Shown here: one piece after another, positions 10,901-20,551 of the stretch | Numbering within the stretch: position 1 is the stretch's first letter | Layout of the letters: each line of letters opens with the position of its first letter | Virus record (IMG/VR): IMGVR_UViG_3300025137_000020 | Coordinates: 32,001-96,000 of that record | Reading direction: 5' to 3' (one strand) | Source: a virus | DNA length: 64,000 nt | Program-made: the position numbers and the translations under genes | Notes under the pieces: model-generated | Database searches by the model: none | What the model was told of the DNA's origin: nothing | Seen by the model: only the letters and a program-made list of their open reading frames with translations

Positions 10901-13219
10901 GATGGTTAGAGCGGTGTGCGTCGCGTCAACTTTTCTAAAGAAGTGCTTCGACGCGTCATAATAGGCTTTATTCTGTTGAGAGGCTTCGCTCCAAGTTCCG
11001 CTGTATAATTCTATATTTGCTCCACCGACGTTCAAAGCGTCACTCTGTAATATTAACTTCCGAGCTGTATTAGTGCCAAATGCACCTATGGTTCCACTAT
11101 TTAGGAATATTCCTGCGGTCGCAAATCCGACATCGTAAGCACTAGTTGCACCAATACTCAGCCGTTGATTCGATGGGTTATAAATTAATTTATTGCTAGC
11201 GGTACTACCAATTTCTAAATTGCCGAGACCTACAATTGAACTAGTTGAAAGTAGAGAACCACCAGTGACCGCCGAGCTAGCAGTAAGCGCTCCAGTTACA
11301 GTTGTTGTTGAATCTGTAATTGTAAGTCTATTACTGTTAGCAATTTTAAATTGGTGTTCTGTAGAGCCGGTAGAATCTTTTTCTATTCGATAATCATTGG
11401 ATACAAAAGTACCATCACCATCACGGGTTTGGATTTCAAATGTATGGTCATTGCCAATAGTTAAATTAGTCTGATTATATCCAGTAGTAGTACTATCACC
11501 ACCTGTAGGTGAGTTAGACGTATCAAAAAGTTTAAACGATGGATTAGTACTTTTAGCGATGATCTGACCGATGGCAGTGATACTCCCCGTAGTACTAAGC
11601 TCTCCACTACTAGTAAGTGTCATCTTAGTAGCAGCACCGTGGATACCGCCTATGCCGAATTTAATAGAACCCGTACCAGCATTTGACATATAAAATGCTT
11701 CATCTCTATGCCCTTGGATACCGTATCCATTAAATCGAGCATTTTGGTCACCCGGGTCACCATTTGTCCCTGTACCATCGCTGAAGAAGTCATTAACGCC
11801 TTTAATTGTTCCACCGACGTGCAATGTCGAAGATGGGGTGACGCCAGTACCAAGATTAATACCAACTCTATCATTGCCGGCATCTACAAATAGTGTGTCG
11901 TCATCGACATTCAAATCTGCCCCTGTTGAAATTAATACATCTTTTCTAAAATCAAATTTTCTATCGACGATAACCGTATTACCAGCTACTCCCAGCGAAA
12001 TAGTATCGCCTTGCAGCTGGCTAAACAGAGTTCTTAAATCTTGGAAATCAGATTCCCGTGGAATCTGCATATCGAATGAACTGCTTCCAGTATATCCACT
12101 GGACAATGGGCTATTCAACCCATAAGTTAAATTCTGTTTAGATATTGAATCAACATGACCATAAGCATCAAATCCAATATTAGATAAAATCTCTACTTCT
12201 CTATGTCCGACTTCAGAATTTGCTGGAGAAGAAGACGTAAACGTCTGGTCAGATTGAACACTAACCGCAGCATGATTAAGTGTAACCGTCTGATTGACCC
12301 CATTATTAAGAAAGAAGTTTCCGCCATCAGTTAAATGATTACCAGCAGTGACTGTAACAAGTTTATTATTAGCTGAGTTGACTTCTAATTCACTGACTAC
12401 GGTCAGCTGACCATATTGATTATAAGTAATTTGTGGTACTAATACCTTTCTTATTTTACCAGATGTGTGGGTGTAAGCTTGAGCTTCTTCTTCATCTGAT
12501 ATTGCACCTTTGGTGGCTGCGGTAATTAAACTAGTAAGACCAACTTCGGCTGCACCACCATTATTAACAACACCATTTGTTACAGTAATATTTCCGCCAG
12601 AAGCACCAGCTAAAGTCTTTACGTAGTTTCCGTGAGTTTTAACTCCAAGCTCAAGTGAATAATCTTTTACCGTAACTTTACCACTAGAAGAGTCTATATC
12701 TAACGGCCCTTTCTTTTCGTTTCCTGCTCCTAGCTGGTCGTTTCCATCAGCTCCAAATGTTTGATTGGTGTTAGAAAGTATACCACCTAATTCATTATCT
12801 TTAGCTGTAAGCAGGTTGATTGTTCTATCGGCTTGCAGATTGCCCGTTCCGTCTAACCCTATTCCAGCTGTTATAACAATAGTATCCCAAGCTTTATTTG
12901 ATAAGTCAGTAGCAATAGCAGATAAGTCTTCTGCATGTTCGGTAAGATTAACATCTATTTCAGAAATATCACCATCATTCTTAGTAATTTGACTTTGATG
13001 ACTTACAATTGCAGTATTAAAGTCTGATGCCAATTGATTTAAATTCTTACGAAGTTCTTCAATCGTATTTGTATTTTTAACACCACCACTTGGGAATGCC
13101 GATAAATCAGCTGCGGAGTACGCGGCTGCATATGGACTACTTAACGCAGTCGGCGAATCAGCAGAGATTGTTCTGGCAGTATATGCTGGAGATTGGTGTG
13201 TTTGAGTTCCTGTTGGCAT
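7904..13219 (-). CDS. Long tail fibre / receptor-binding protein
   Basis: 1771 aa; N-terminal coiled coil; repeated (V/I/L)GIG-x-T-x-P...L(H/D)V beta modules (RVGIN, KVGIGG, KVGIGLTNP, IGIGVTTP, LGIGTASP); located in the tail operon. Confidence 0.8.
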   Translation of the reverse strand: MPTGTQTHQSPAYTARTISADSPTALSSPYAAAYSAADLSAFPSGGVKNTNTIEELRKNLNQLASDFNTAIVSHQSQITKNDGDISEIDVNLTEHAEDLSAIATDLSNKAWDTIVITAGIGLDGTGNLQADRTINLLTAKDNELGGILSNTNQTFGADGNDQLGAGNEKKGPLDIDSSSGKVTVKDYSLELGVKTHGNYVKTLAGASGGNITVTNGVVNNGGAAEVGLTSLITAATKGAISDEEEAQAYTHTSGKIRKVLVPQITYNQYGQLTVVSELEVNSANNKLVTVTAGNHLTDGGNFFLNNGVNQTVTLNHAAVSVQSDQTFTSSSPANSEVGHREVEILSNIGFDAYGHVDSISKQNLTYGLNSPLSSGYTGSSSFDMQIPRESDFQDLRTLFSQLQGDTISLGVAGNTVIVDRKFDFRKDVLISTGADLNVDDDTLFVDAGNDRVGINLGTGVTPSSTLHVGGTIKGVNDFFSDGTGTNGDPGDQNARFNGYGIQGHRDEAFYMSNAGTGSIKFGIGGIHGAATKMTLTSSGELSTTGSITAIGQIIAKSTNPSFKLFDTSNSPTGGDSTTTGYNQTNLTIGNDHTFEIQTRDGDGTFVSNDYRIEKDSTGSTEHQFKIANSNRLTITDSTTTVTGALTASSAVTGGSLLSTSSIVGLGNLEIGSTASNKLIYNPSNQRLSIGATSAYDVGFATAGIFLNSGTIGAFGTNTARKLILQSDALNVGGANIELYSGTWSEASQQNKAYYDASKHFFRKVDATHTALTIDSDNSFVGINATSADATVDLDGRTYGPYKFQVDGDAKLKGNVNITGNLNVTGISSTGSSATVEFNQVDLDEVGGISMNGIFTNTLTTDATSSADGGANTLSGGLAVTKKLYVGSNLHISGNIYADGTIQAANGNFDVDASGNISDVGSIVAGGTIRTTSHGGLVVDVADDGAAPLDTAVINLIGFEGRAAGIYIKDSLNSAVSANDREWFAGSGYLQSTFMLGYAADGIDTARPAQTKFVVDTDGKVGIGGVTAPTALLDVTDTTVGSAKVLVKTTGAGQAGYDLQNSEGHFRLITDAGVFRIYDQTDSKERLAIDTDGKVGIGLTNPDAQLHLKGDFENNIALKIEGTFGTGKSHYFRTHGNNSEDLALYSDSTRVMDWNSTEVESLVKFKVPTIESDSIGIGVTTPAEALDVQGTVRIRGTAGTFASSGDSSSYLNRKEYLQFPAIDKQAAGDGTDGARLYAENSKDSSATTNATDYGSLVLDLCDNSSGDHFVVRHTTGTTFRNNINTSYNRLGLMARTAQNLADNDLQTQSGSSADTDYALDMTTTRLILFKTDSTGALTDSTGVPGLNNTDQGFSFNHNSGSPFFMFSRKTNACGGFNVNADSSVLDFYRSGVMQATIKVGTADDRIFSITTRRANSATKVDRYKISRNGSNIFENALFISGNATAMDITPDAVLSLKSTKTGTTDVGDHIRFESSGGGSLHAIKASSSGLEIRTTATAAAAKNIKLQPGGSSTVAQFNSSNITFSQPIVASGDLTIDTNGMVYDQSRRRLGIGTASPSGHYANGEGIDIVAPDTEVAELRLMGTSQGTGRIYVGQSGTHGGGFLYNGDNNPSVVGSEDEITFFRKSASTTQISGTSRPEETGNSSGGAEHRVFSYHHDSNHVKFQGTVTNNIKTTTANGAFTIYLGDSNVHVINVSGNSTMTLSANSTRDTGGAFTMIIKNAGSYDIDFPSNMHFAGGDPTLTPGPDGVDILSGVYVSGIFYAAITYDLQPS

Positions 13220-13225
13220 CTTTGT

Positions 13226-13441
13226 TTAACCTATTTTATTTATTAAATTTTTTACTAAATCTTTTAGTTCATTTACTTCAGCTCTTAAATTATTCATATT
13301 ATTTTTTTCTTCTAGAATCCTCTGTTTCTTTATAATATACTTTTCGTAAGCTTCACTGTCTGTATTTATAATAGCTTTAGAGTAATTATTCCTAAGCAGT
13401 TTAGGATTATCCTTAATTTGATGAAAATTACAATCGCTCAT
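13226..13441 (-). CDS. Small conserved T4-like coiled-coil protein
   Basis: Start placed at ATG 13441 (MSDCNFHQIKDNPKLLRNNYSKAIINTD...LRAEVNELKDLV); resembles the small ORF that follows vrlC in marine T4-like phages. Confidence 0.7.
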   Translation of the reverse strand: MSDCNFHQIKDNPKLLRNNYSKAIINTDSEAYEKYIIKKQRILEEKNNMNNLRAEVNELKDLVKNLINKIG

Positions 13442-13442
13442 T

Positions 13443-16400
13443 TTATTGGGTTGCGATTGCTCTAAAGTTTTTAATCTCTGGTACAATAGCGCTATCTGCA
13501 GTTGTACCATCGGATGCCACAGACCTTAGTATAATTTTTATCTGAAATTTAGTAAATAGATTTATGTCATCAGAAGTTGATGTTCGAAAGTGTACTTCTC
13601 TGAAGTTCCCGCTGACTGGTATAGTTGCCGATTCTAATTTAACGTATGCGCTTGATCCAGTGATGTCATCAAATCTAGCATACACATCTACATTACATTG
13701 TGGCAAAGGCCTTTTAATGTCCATATATACGTCTAGCCTATCCGCCGAGTTGTCTAAAACTACTGGCTTCGTGATATATCTTGCATCTGCATTGCCATGT
13801 GTCTCTCTAGTTTCATTAGTCAAATCATTGTCAATGTTATTCTTAATTGACAATAATGATAATCTTTGAACATCTAATTGTGGAGTTACGTATTTATTGT
13901 TAGACTTTAGCGTTGCTGTTAAAGCTAATCGATTTGCATATAAATCTACTGTAGAATGTAGATTTAGAACTCTACCCGGCGATATGGAATACGTTTCACC
14001 GGCTACAGTAAGACTATATGAAATCGAAGTTCCTGGTAGTTCAACTGAGTTACCTGCATTCAGATTAATCGCGTCACACTTTACTGGATTGCCCGAAGTC
14101 GTACCTGCAGGAAAAATTTTAGTAAATGAAGAATATCCACATGTAGTAGATGTTTTAGTTACAGACGATCCGCTTTCAAAGAATTGCATATAATTGATTT
14201 TCATCTTGAAATCTTTATTTTGATCAGGCGTCCAAGTTGAAGCATTAGCTGATTTGAGAGATACACCAGTATAAGGATTCTTTGTAATTCTTTGAGAACC
14301 TGCTCCTACATCAATTCCACCAACTTCAGAATGCCATAATGTCCAATCTGGCGAGTTACTCATTACTACGATAGCATATTCACTTCCGCCTTTGAGATGT
14401 ACTGGAGAGTCAAACACAAACTTAGTGGCTAATGAAGCATTGGTTGGGTCGACTTCTGCAATTGTTTTAGTCCCCACCGCTGCAGCGGCAGCGAGAGTTG
14501 CAGAAGCTCCGGCATCAACTGCGGCTTGAGCATTTGGGTATCTTTCAACTCTACTAAATGGAATCATTTTTTGGGTTGGAATACCATTCTCTGTTGGTAC
14601 CAAGTGTATTGAAACTGGTAATTTACTATGAGATTTAGCAAAGTATAAATCAATATCTTTTAGTGTTATGCCAGCTGGGTATAAATCTCCATCTATTAAG
14701 AAGGTTTGTGCAAGAGGGTCAACGTGTCTAATTCTGCCAGTAGCTGCTACCTGAGTAGTTGTTAATGTTCTATTTGATTCAACTCGTCTTTCGTCAATTG
14801 CGACTCTTCTTGTAGTTAAAACTTGCTCTTCAACTGTCTGCAATAGGCCTCTAGCTGCGTATGTAGCTTTAGCATATGTTGTAGCAGCAGTCAAATCATT
14901 ATTAGAATCGTCTGAAAATATTACTTCTCTTTCACCAGTTCTAAATCTGAGCGCGTCGTTATTTGGAATAACCAAATAACCTGTCAATGTGCCAGCGTCA
15001 TTACTCACTAAAGTGTCTGCTGAGATATCACCTGGAGAATCGTTAGTGTGGTCTTGACGGGTCGAATCGTCTCTAAATTCGACAAACGCAGTAGATTTAA
15101 CATAACCACTAACATCAACGCCATCAAAGAACGGATATATTGTAGTGTTAGGTTTTAATCCGGTAGCTCTAAAATACACTCTCCTTGAACGGATAAATGG
15201 TACAAAAGATACATCAACAACTTTGTCTCCTAAACTTTCTCTAATTGTTTCGAGTTCAGCAAACTGTTGCATGCCGTCTCTAGTTTGAATAGTTGATGTA
15301 GTTCTCGCCTCTAGTTCAATCTGAGCGCGTCTTTGGTTTACTGCTGTTACAGTACCACCATTAAATGTTGGTACCTCTAAAGTGTTTCTATGCCCGCATC
15401 TGCAATTTCTAGTATGGGTTGTCCCGCCATGCTGCCTCATAATATTTGCGGTCGAGGTCATGTTATTCCAACCCAAACTCCTAGTTTCGGTTACTCCACT
15501 CCAAGTTGTGTTCCAATCGTTCCAACGAGTACCTTCTGATGCTAATTGTTCATTTACTAGATTTAAAATAGCTTCAGAATTACCATCTTGTGATATAATT
15601 ACTTCTGGTCTGCGATTAGTATCTCTCCATTCATCATTGTCAGGCGAGAGCTTAACTTCACCCACCCAAGATGCTACATCAAATGGATTAACACTTATTG
15701 CAACTGATGCGAATGGTTGGTCAATCAACGTACCGATTGAGCTAGAATTTAATCTAATAATATCTTCTTGGCCGATTGGTGAAGGGTCATCCACTATGCC
15801 CCCGGTGGTTTTTAGTTTGTCGTCTGCTTTATTGCCGGCTCCTGGTGTCCCAAGAGTAATTCCGATATTGGTAGTACGAAATGATGGCCTTAAGATTCCT
15901 TTTTCAGGCTCTATTGATATTCTATAACCAGGGTCACTCGGCATGCCGATTGCGTGACCTTTAAATTCATCGACCATAATTCCATGCTTAAATCTGTCAA
16001 TGATAGTATCATCGTCAAGCACTTTTTGATCTTTTGTAATCTGCTCTAAAAGGGATAATGAAGAATAGTACTCTAAGTTCTTAACGCGTCGGTCAATCTT
16101 ACCGATGTCTTTCATCGTATAACGACGATTGTCATGGTAACCTATCTCGATACCCTGTACGGAATTTGTGTAAGCTGGTACATCTAAATCATAGAGCAAC
16201 ATTGCGTTATCTGGTATAGATTGAGGACCATTTGCTTCTGTATCGCCTTCTAAATATTCAAACTCGCCATTTGTTTTTAAAACTATTCTGTCGTGTCGAG
16301 GAATAAAAAATTCAATATTACCAAACTCAATAATACCATTGGGGTCAATAGAAACATTTGAGCCTCTAAAGTCAATCATATCTAATAAATGTCGACCGCT

Positions 16401-18641
16401 GAAATGTGATACCTCAGCTCTTTGAACATTGGTAGCATCTCCGGCTGAAACGTCATCACCAATTGTATATGAGTCAACCCAAAAAGCATCATTGCCAGTT
16501 TGGGCATGTTCTAAATATCTATAAGCGACTGTCAATGTCTGTGTTGTAGTCACTGCTTTAGTGCATTTTAGTTGGCCTACACCATAATTAGTAGGTGTCT
16601 GGCCGTTCACTAAAATAAAGCTATCGGCTAAATCTCCATCAACACTACCTACAATAGTATCAATTCCAATGACATCGGTCTTTACTAAATTGGCGGTTTG
16701 ACCTCTAGTATATGTAGATGTACTAATCACTTCGCCTGATATAAATGTTTTTGTTTTTGTTTTTAGTGTAGCAGTTCGCTTAAAAGAATATGTCGCCTTG
16801 GCGGCGGCAGCATTTGCAAATCCGTGGCCAGACGCTAGAGTTAAAGTACAATCTTGGGCTGAGTTCGTAATACTTACATTACTCACCTGTTTGAAGGCGC
16901 CAGATGCATTAACTACAATATAATCATTTGGGTTATCTTGATAGTACTGACTTCCGCTCAATTGTGGTAATGCGATAGTTGCAACACTGCCAGAGACCGC
17001 TACAGTCCTGGTAGTTGAAGTTTCTCTAATAGGAATTTTAATTGTATTGAGCGAACTGGAGGGTACTTGAGTTAGACTCTTTACCACATTTTGTGGAAGT
17101 GGGAATACTAAATCACCTGAACTGATATCATTTAGCTGAAATCCGCCAGCAAATCCATTAGTACCTGTAAATGTACTAGTACCATCTGCGGCAGTACCAA
17201 AAATAAATTTAGCCGCAGATAATTTATTAGCGCCCATCGTCACAGCGCTAATATAAAGTCTAAATCTTCGTCCAGTATATTCTATACCTCGAATGGTACA
17301 TGTTCCTAGAGATGACCCGCCAGATGTTGCTGATAACGTATACGATGTAGGTGAAGAGGCATTAGCATCGCATTTGGGTAAATTAGCAATACTAGTCAAT
17401 TCAATATAGTTACCTTGTCTAGCTTGAATAAATTCACTGGTGTGAACTTCAGTGTCTCGTGCTTTATCAACAATGATTTCTTGTTTCTTTATAATTTCAA
17501 TCCGCTTACCTTTTACGTAGGCGGTAGAAGGTTCTAGAGCTGCAATAAATTTAGCGCCGTTACCTGCAGGAACCGCACCAGCAGCGTATTTTCCTCGATT
17601 GAAACCGGTGTTCAAATGTTCTCTTAATTCAAGTTGGAACGGCTGAAGAGCGTAGTCTCCACTTTCTTCGAATGTTCTTGTGGCTAAAGTTTCTCCTAAT
17701 TTATTGTACTTTGTTTGTACTGGCTGAGTAACTTGAGCCTGATTTAATGTTATGACATCAATTGCATTGGCTGTCGATGTTCCAACTACATGAGCGGGTG
17801 TACTAATTATTTGTGTGTCATCTGTAATTAAACAGAGAGTCAGGCTCATCGTAAATCTATCTGCGCCAGGAGCACTTTGATTTGTAGTTCCCGCTGCATT
17901 ATCATAAAGAGTATTATCATTGACCGCACTAACTGTGCTCTCATTGACTAAAAAGCCTACTTTACCATCTAAGAGAGTGTACGGGGTTGATTGATCAACA
18001 TCTATATATTTGGTTTGCGCGTTTGCAATAACAAAATATCCTTTAATGAAATATACGCCCTTATTATTATGCAGCTTTATTGCGAACCCACTTTTTACTA
18101 TATCAGTACCATCACCAAGTACACCATTCACTGACAAAAATATTTCACCACTATCTTGTAACTGAGTAGATATTTTAATGTCAGTTTGGATGCGAGTCCC
18201 GTTCTCAAAAGCTGTGGTTTGAGAATCATAACGGACATAGAATCTATACTTATCGCCAGATACTAATTCGTAATCCATAATGGTGGCAGAGACTGTTGCT
18301 GAGGCTAAGGCAGTCCCAACATAAATTCTTTTACCAATAAGCGGTCTATTTGCATTTGCTGCTGCGCTTGCACCACCACTAGATAATGTGATATCTACCC
18401 ATTGTACTTTATTATCAACATCAATTTCACCTTCAAGAACTCTCGTTCCGTCTACAAATATGTGCTGACCAAACTTATCAATCTGATCTTGAATAGCAGA
18501 CTGCATTTGATTCAATTCACGAACTTGGACTGACCGCCCCGCCTGAAATAGAACCTTTAAGTAGTTTTTGTCTGAATTGCCACTGGCCGTATAATCGTCG
18601 AAATACGGTTGGCCTGCAGTTGATGATGTGTCGATTGCCAT
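13443..18641 (-). CDS. vrlC: VrlC-like (DUF4815-type) virion structural protein
   Basis: PYFDDY...YLKVLFQAGRSVQVRELNQMQS, APGADRF, RTFEESGDY, RRYTMKDIGKIDRRVKNLEYYSSLSLLE, DPLAQTF, KSANASTWTPDQ. Confidence 0.88.
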   Translation of the reverse strand: MAIDTSSTAGQPYFDDYTASGNSDKNYLKVLFQAGRSVQVRELNQMQSAIQDQIDKFGQHIFVDGTRVLEGEIDVDNKVQWVDITLSSGGASAAANANRPLIGKRIYVGTALASATVSATIMDYELVSGDKYRFYVRYDSQTTAFENGTRIQTDIKISTQLQDSGEIFLSVNGVLGDGTDIVKSGFAIKLHNNKGVYFIKGYFVIANAQTKYIDVDQSTPYTLLDGKVGFLVNESTVSAVNDNTLYDNAAGTTNQSAPGADRFTMSLTLCLITDDTQIISTPAHVVGTSTANAIDVITLNQAQVTQPVQTKYNKLGETLATRTFEESGDYALQPFQLELREHLNTGFNRGKYAAGAVPAGNGAKFIAALEPSTAYVKGKRIEIIKKQEIIVDKARDTEVHTSEFIQARQGNYIELTSIANLPKCDANASSPTSYTLSATSGGSSLGTCTIRGIEYTGRRFRLYISAVTMGANKLSAAKFIFGTAADGTSTFTGTNGFAGGFQLNDISSGDLVFPLPQNVVKSLTQVPSSSLNTIKIPIRETSTTRTVAVSGSVATIALPQLSGSQYYQDNPNDYIVVNASGAFKQVSNVSITNSAQDCTLTLASGHGFANAAAAKATYSFKRTATLKTKTKTFISGEVISTSTYTRGQTANLVKTDVIGIDTIVGSVDGDLADSFILVNGQTPTNYGVGQLKCTKAVTTTQTLTVAYRYLEHAQTGNDAFWVDSYTIGDDVSAGDATNVQRAEVSHFSGRHLLDMIDFRGSNVSIDPNGIIEFGNIEFFIPRHDRIVLKTNGEFEYLEGDTEANGPQSIPDNAMLLYDLDVPAYTNSVQGIEIGYHDNRRYTMKDIGKIDRRVKNLEYYSSLSLLEQITKDQKVLDDDTIIDRFKHGIMVDEFKGHAIGMPSDPGYRISIEPEKGILRPSFRTTNIGITLGTPGAGNKADDKLKTTGGIVDDPSPIGQEDIIRLNSSSIGTLIDQPFASVAISVNPFDVASWVGEVKLSPDNDEWRDTNRRPEVIISQDGNSEAILNLVNEQLASEGTRWNDWNTTWSGVTETRSLGWNNMTSTANIMRQHGGTTHTRNCRCGHRNTLEVPTFNGGTVTAVNQRRAQIELEARTTSTIQTRDGMQQFAELETIRESLGDKVVDVSFVPFIRSRRVYFRATGLKPNTTIYPFFDGVDVSGYVKSTAFVEFRDDSTRQDHTNDSPGDISADTLVSNDAGTLTGYLVIPNNDALRFRTGEREVIFSDDSNNDLTAATTYAKATYAARGLLQTVEEQVLTTRRVAIDERRVESNRTLTTTQVAATGRIRHVDPLAQTFLIDGDLYPAGITLKDIDLYFAKSHSKLPVSIHLVPTENGIPTQKMIPFSRVERYPNAQAAVDAGASATLAAAAAVGTKTIAEVDPTNASLATKFVFDSPVHLKGGSEYAIVVMSNSPDWTLWHSEVGGIDVGAGSQRITKNPYTGVSLKSANASTWTPDQNKDFKMKINYMQFFESGSSVTKTSTTCGYSSFTKIFPAGTTSGNPVKCDAINLNAGNSVELPGTSISYSLTVAGETYSISPGRVLNLHSTVDLYANRLALTATLKSNNKYVTPQLDVQRLSLLSIKNNIDNDLTNETRETHGNADARYITKPVVLDNSADRLDVYMDIKRPLPQCNVDVYARFDDITGSSAYVKLESATIPVSGNFREVHFRTSTSDDINLFTKFQIKIILRSVASDGTTADSAIVPEIKNFRAIATQ

Positions 18642-18652
18642 AGTTTATTCCT

Positions 18653-20485
18653 TTAAAATTGTATAATAAGTCTTACTTCTTCTGTTTGCTGTGCGTTTCT
18701 TCTAATTGGTGCTCTGTTATCAACAAATAAAACATCGCCAGTATCTTGATTATATTCTCCTTGCTTTAAATTAACGTATCCAATCGCAGCACTGCCCTGT
18801 TGAACACCATTACTGTTAAATATTTTAACATTACCACTACTATTAAATGGTTTTTGGTTAATAGATTTATGGCTATTCTGGTGAAAGTAAATTCTGTATC
18901 CGCCGGATTGTGTGCCAGCCGTATTAGGGTCTCCGTCTATTGGGTCTAGTGCTTCGTACTCAGATACCTTATCAAGCCATGCAAGAGGATTTGTCGCAGT
19001 GCCGGCATCCATTTCTATATATGCTCCAGTTCCTAAGTTTTGAATTTCATTAGGAACTGAGTTCGCGAATACCTGAAGATACTGTAAACAGTTCATCGCT
19101 TTCTCCGCGGGAAGATTTTCTTCGTCTGGATATGTCCCGCCAGGACTATTCAAATCATCTTCAGCTGTTCTCATATCTTTTAGCGAGTCTCTAACTAATG
19201 ACACCTGTCTAAAGTCAATGCCTACTAATGATTCTGCAATATATTGAGGTGGACTATTGTTAACACTTTCTGCAGATTCATTACCCACAGTTCCAACAAA
19301 GTCAGAAGAAATACCACAATAATAACTTGGAAGGTCCAATAGCGGACTCCAGCCAAAACCATTTTCGGGTGCAATTAAAGGTTGAATATCAGCTTCAACG
19401 AAGGTCGCTGAACTAATAAATAGATTCGCGGAATCAATTACTTCAATACTGACTTCTCTCATCCCGCCGCCGTTTACTACAGATTGTGTCCAATTAGGTC
19501 CACTACTAGTACCTCCAGTTGCGGAAGATGCTGGGACAGATGCTATTCCATATCCGAGCGCTTTAGCTTTGTCTAAATCCCATACAACTTTGGTAACTTG
19601 GCCACTCGCATTAGTTTCTAAAGATATATCAATTGCGGCCGTCTCATTACCTTGAAGTATTGTTCCATCTAATCTCCGACCTGTAAGTCGTGCCGGCAAC
19701 GCATTACCATTAGCAACACTTCGATTTTCAGGATACCCAGTGCCTGGAGTCTCAGCACCAATTCTAAATCCATATACTAAACCAGCTGTAGCTCTAGCGG
19801 CTCTCTGACGACCATTTTCATACGCGCCACCTTCGCCATGTCCTGCAATATTATTTAATCTACCGTCTACTAGTGCGTTTGGAGTAACATTTACAAATGT
19901 CTTTGAATCGCCAAACAGATTTGATAAACTTTCTTTATTATAATAGTCAATATATCCCCAAATATAACCATCAGTATTTTGTACTACACCAAATGGAAAG
20001 TTTTCTCCAGCTGGCATTGTAGGAATTCGTGCGGTTGTGGCTAATCCACCATTGTTGCCTAAACAAACATAGAGCTTTGAGTGACCTAAACTATCTGTAT
20101 ACATTACATAACAAGGAAGTTCTTGTAAATTAATATCGGCATCAAAACACCCGGTATTTGTAGGATCATATACTTTATACATGGCCCCAACTTTAAATTC
20201 AATTTGTGGTACAAGTCTAAGAACATCAGTAGCATCGATCTTCATAAGAGTCATAAGATTCTTTTTGATGTCTGCCTTTTCTAAAACATTACCTTCTGGC
20301 AACGGAACAATAAATCCGGTTTCTGCCTCGGTTCGGCCGTTATCATCTCTGTCCCAAGGGTCCGTTTTACCGATACCTACATAATAATTGACCGCTGTTG
20401 AAGTCGGTGATTGACTAGAACTAACATCTTCAATAAACCTCTCAATGTTACTTTTTCTAAAATCGTCTGTGATAATTGCTGCCAT
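18653..20485 (-). CDS. gp8: Baseplate wedge subunit gp8 (enlarged)
   Basis: MAAIITDDFR, YYVGIGK, LYVCLGN, DGYIWGY and C-terminal GDVLFVDNRAPIRRNAQQTEEVRLIIQF typical of marine T4-like gp8. Confidence 0.88.
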   Translation of the reverse strand: MAAIITDDFRKSNIERFIEDVSSSQSPTSTAVNYYVGIGKTDPWDRDDNGRTEAETGFIVPLPEGNVLEKADIKKNLMTLMKIDATDVLRLVPQIEFKVGAMYKVYDPTNTGCFDADINLQELPCYVMYTDSLGHSKLYVCLGNNGGLATTARIPTMPAGENFPFGVVQNTDGYIWGYIDYYNKESLSNLFGDSKTFVNVTPNALVDGRLNNIAGHGEGGAYENGRQRAARATAGLVYGFRIGAETPGTGYPENRSVANGNALPARLTGRRLDGTILQGNETAAIDISLETNASGQVTKVVWDLDKAKALGYGIASVPASSATGGTSSGPNWTQSVVNGGGMREVSIEVIDSANLFISSATFVEADIQPLIAPENGFGWSPLLDLPSYYCGISSDFVGTVGNESAESVNNSPPQYIAESLVGIDFRQVSLVRDSLKDMRTAEDDLNSPGGTYPDEENLPAEKAMNCLQYLQVFANSVPNEIQNLGTGAYIEMDAGTATNPLAWLDKVSEYEALDPIDGDPNTAGTQSGGYRIYFHQNSHKSINQKPFNSSGNVKIFNSNGVQQGSAAIGYVNLKQGEYNQDTGDVLFVDNRAPIRRNAQQTEEVRLIIQF

Positions 20486-20515
20486 AAGTGTTCCCGTTAA
20501 TTTAGATTTTAATCT

Positions 20516-20523
20516 TATTTATA
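20516..20523 (-). promoter_or_regulatory. T4-type late promoter upstream of gp8
   Basis: Exact TATAAATA in the gp7-gp8 intergenic space. Confidence 0.82.
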
Positions 20524-20551
20524 TGAGTTGCTGTGTAATTTATTTAGTTAT

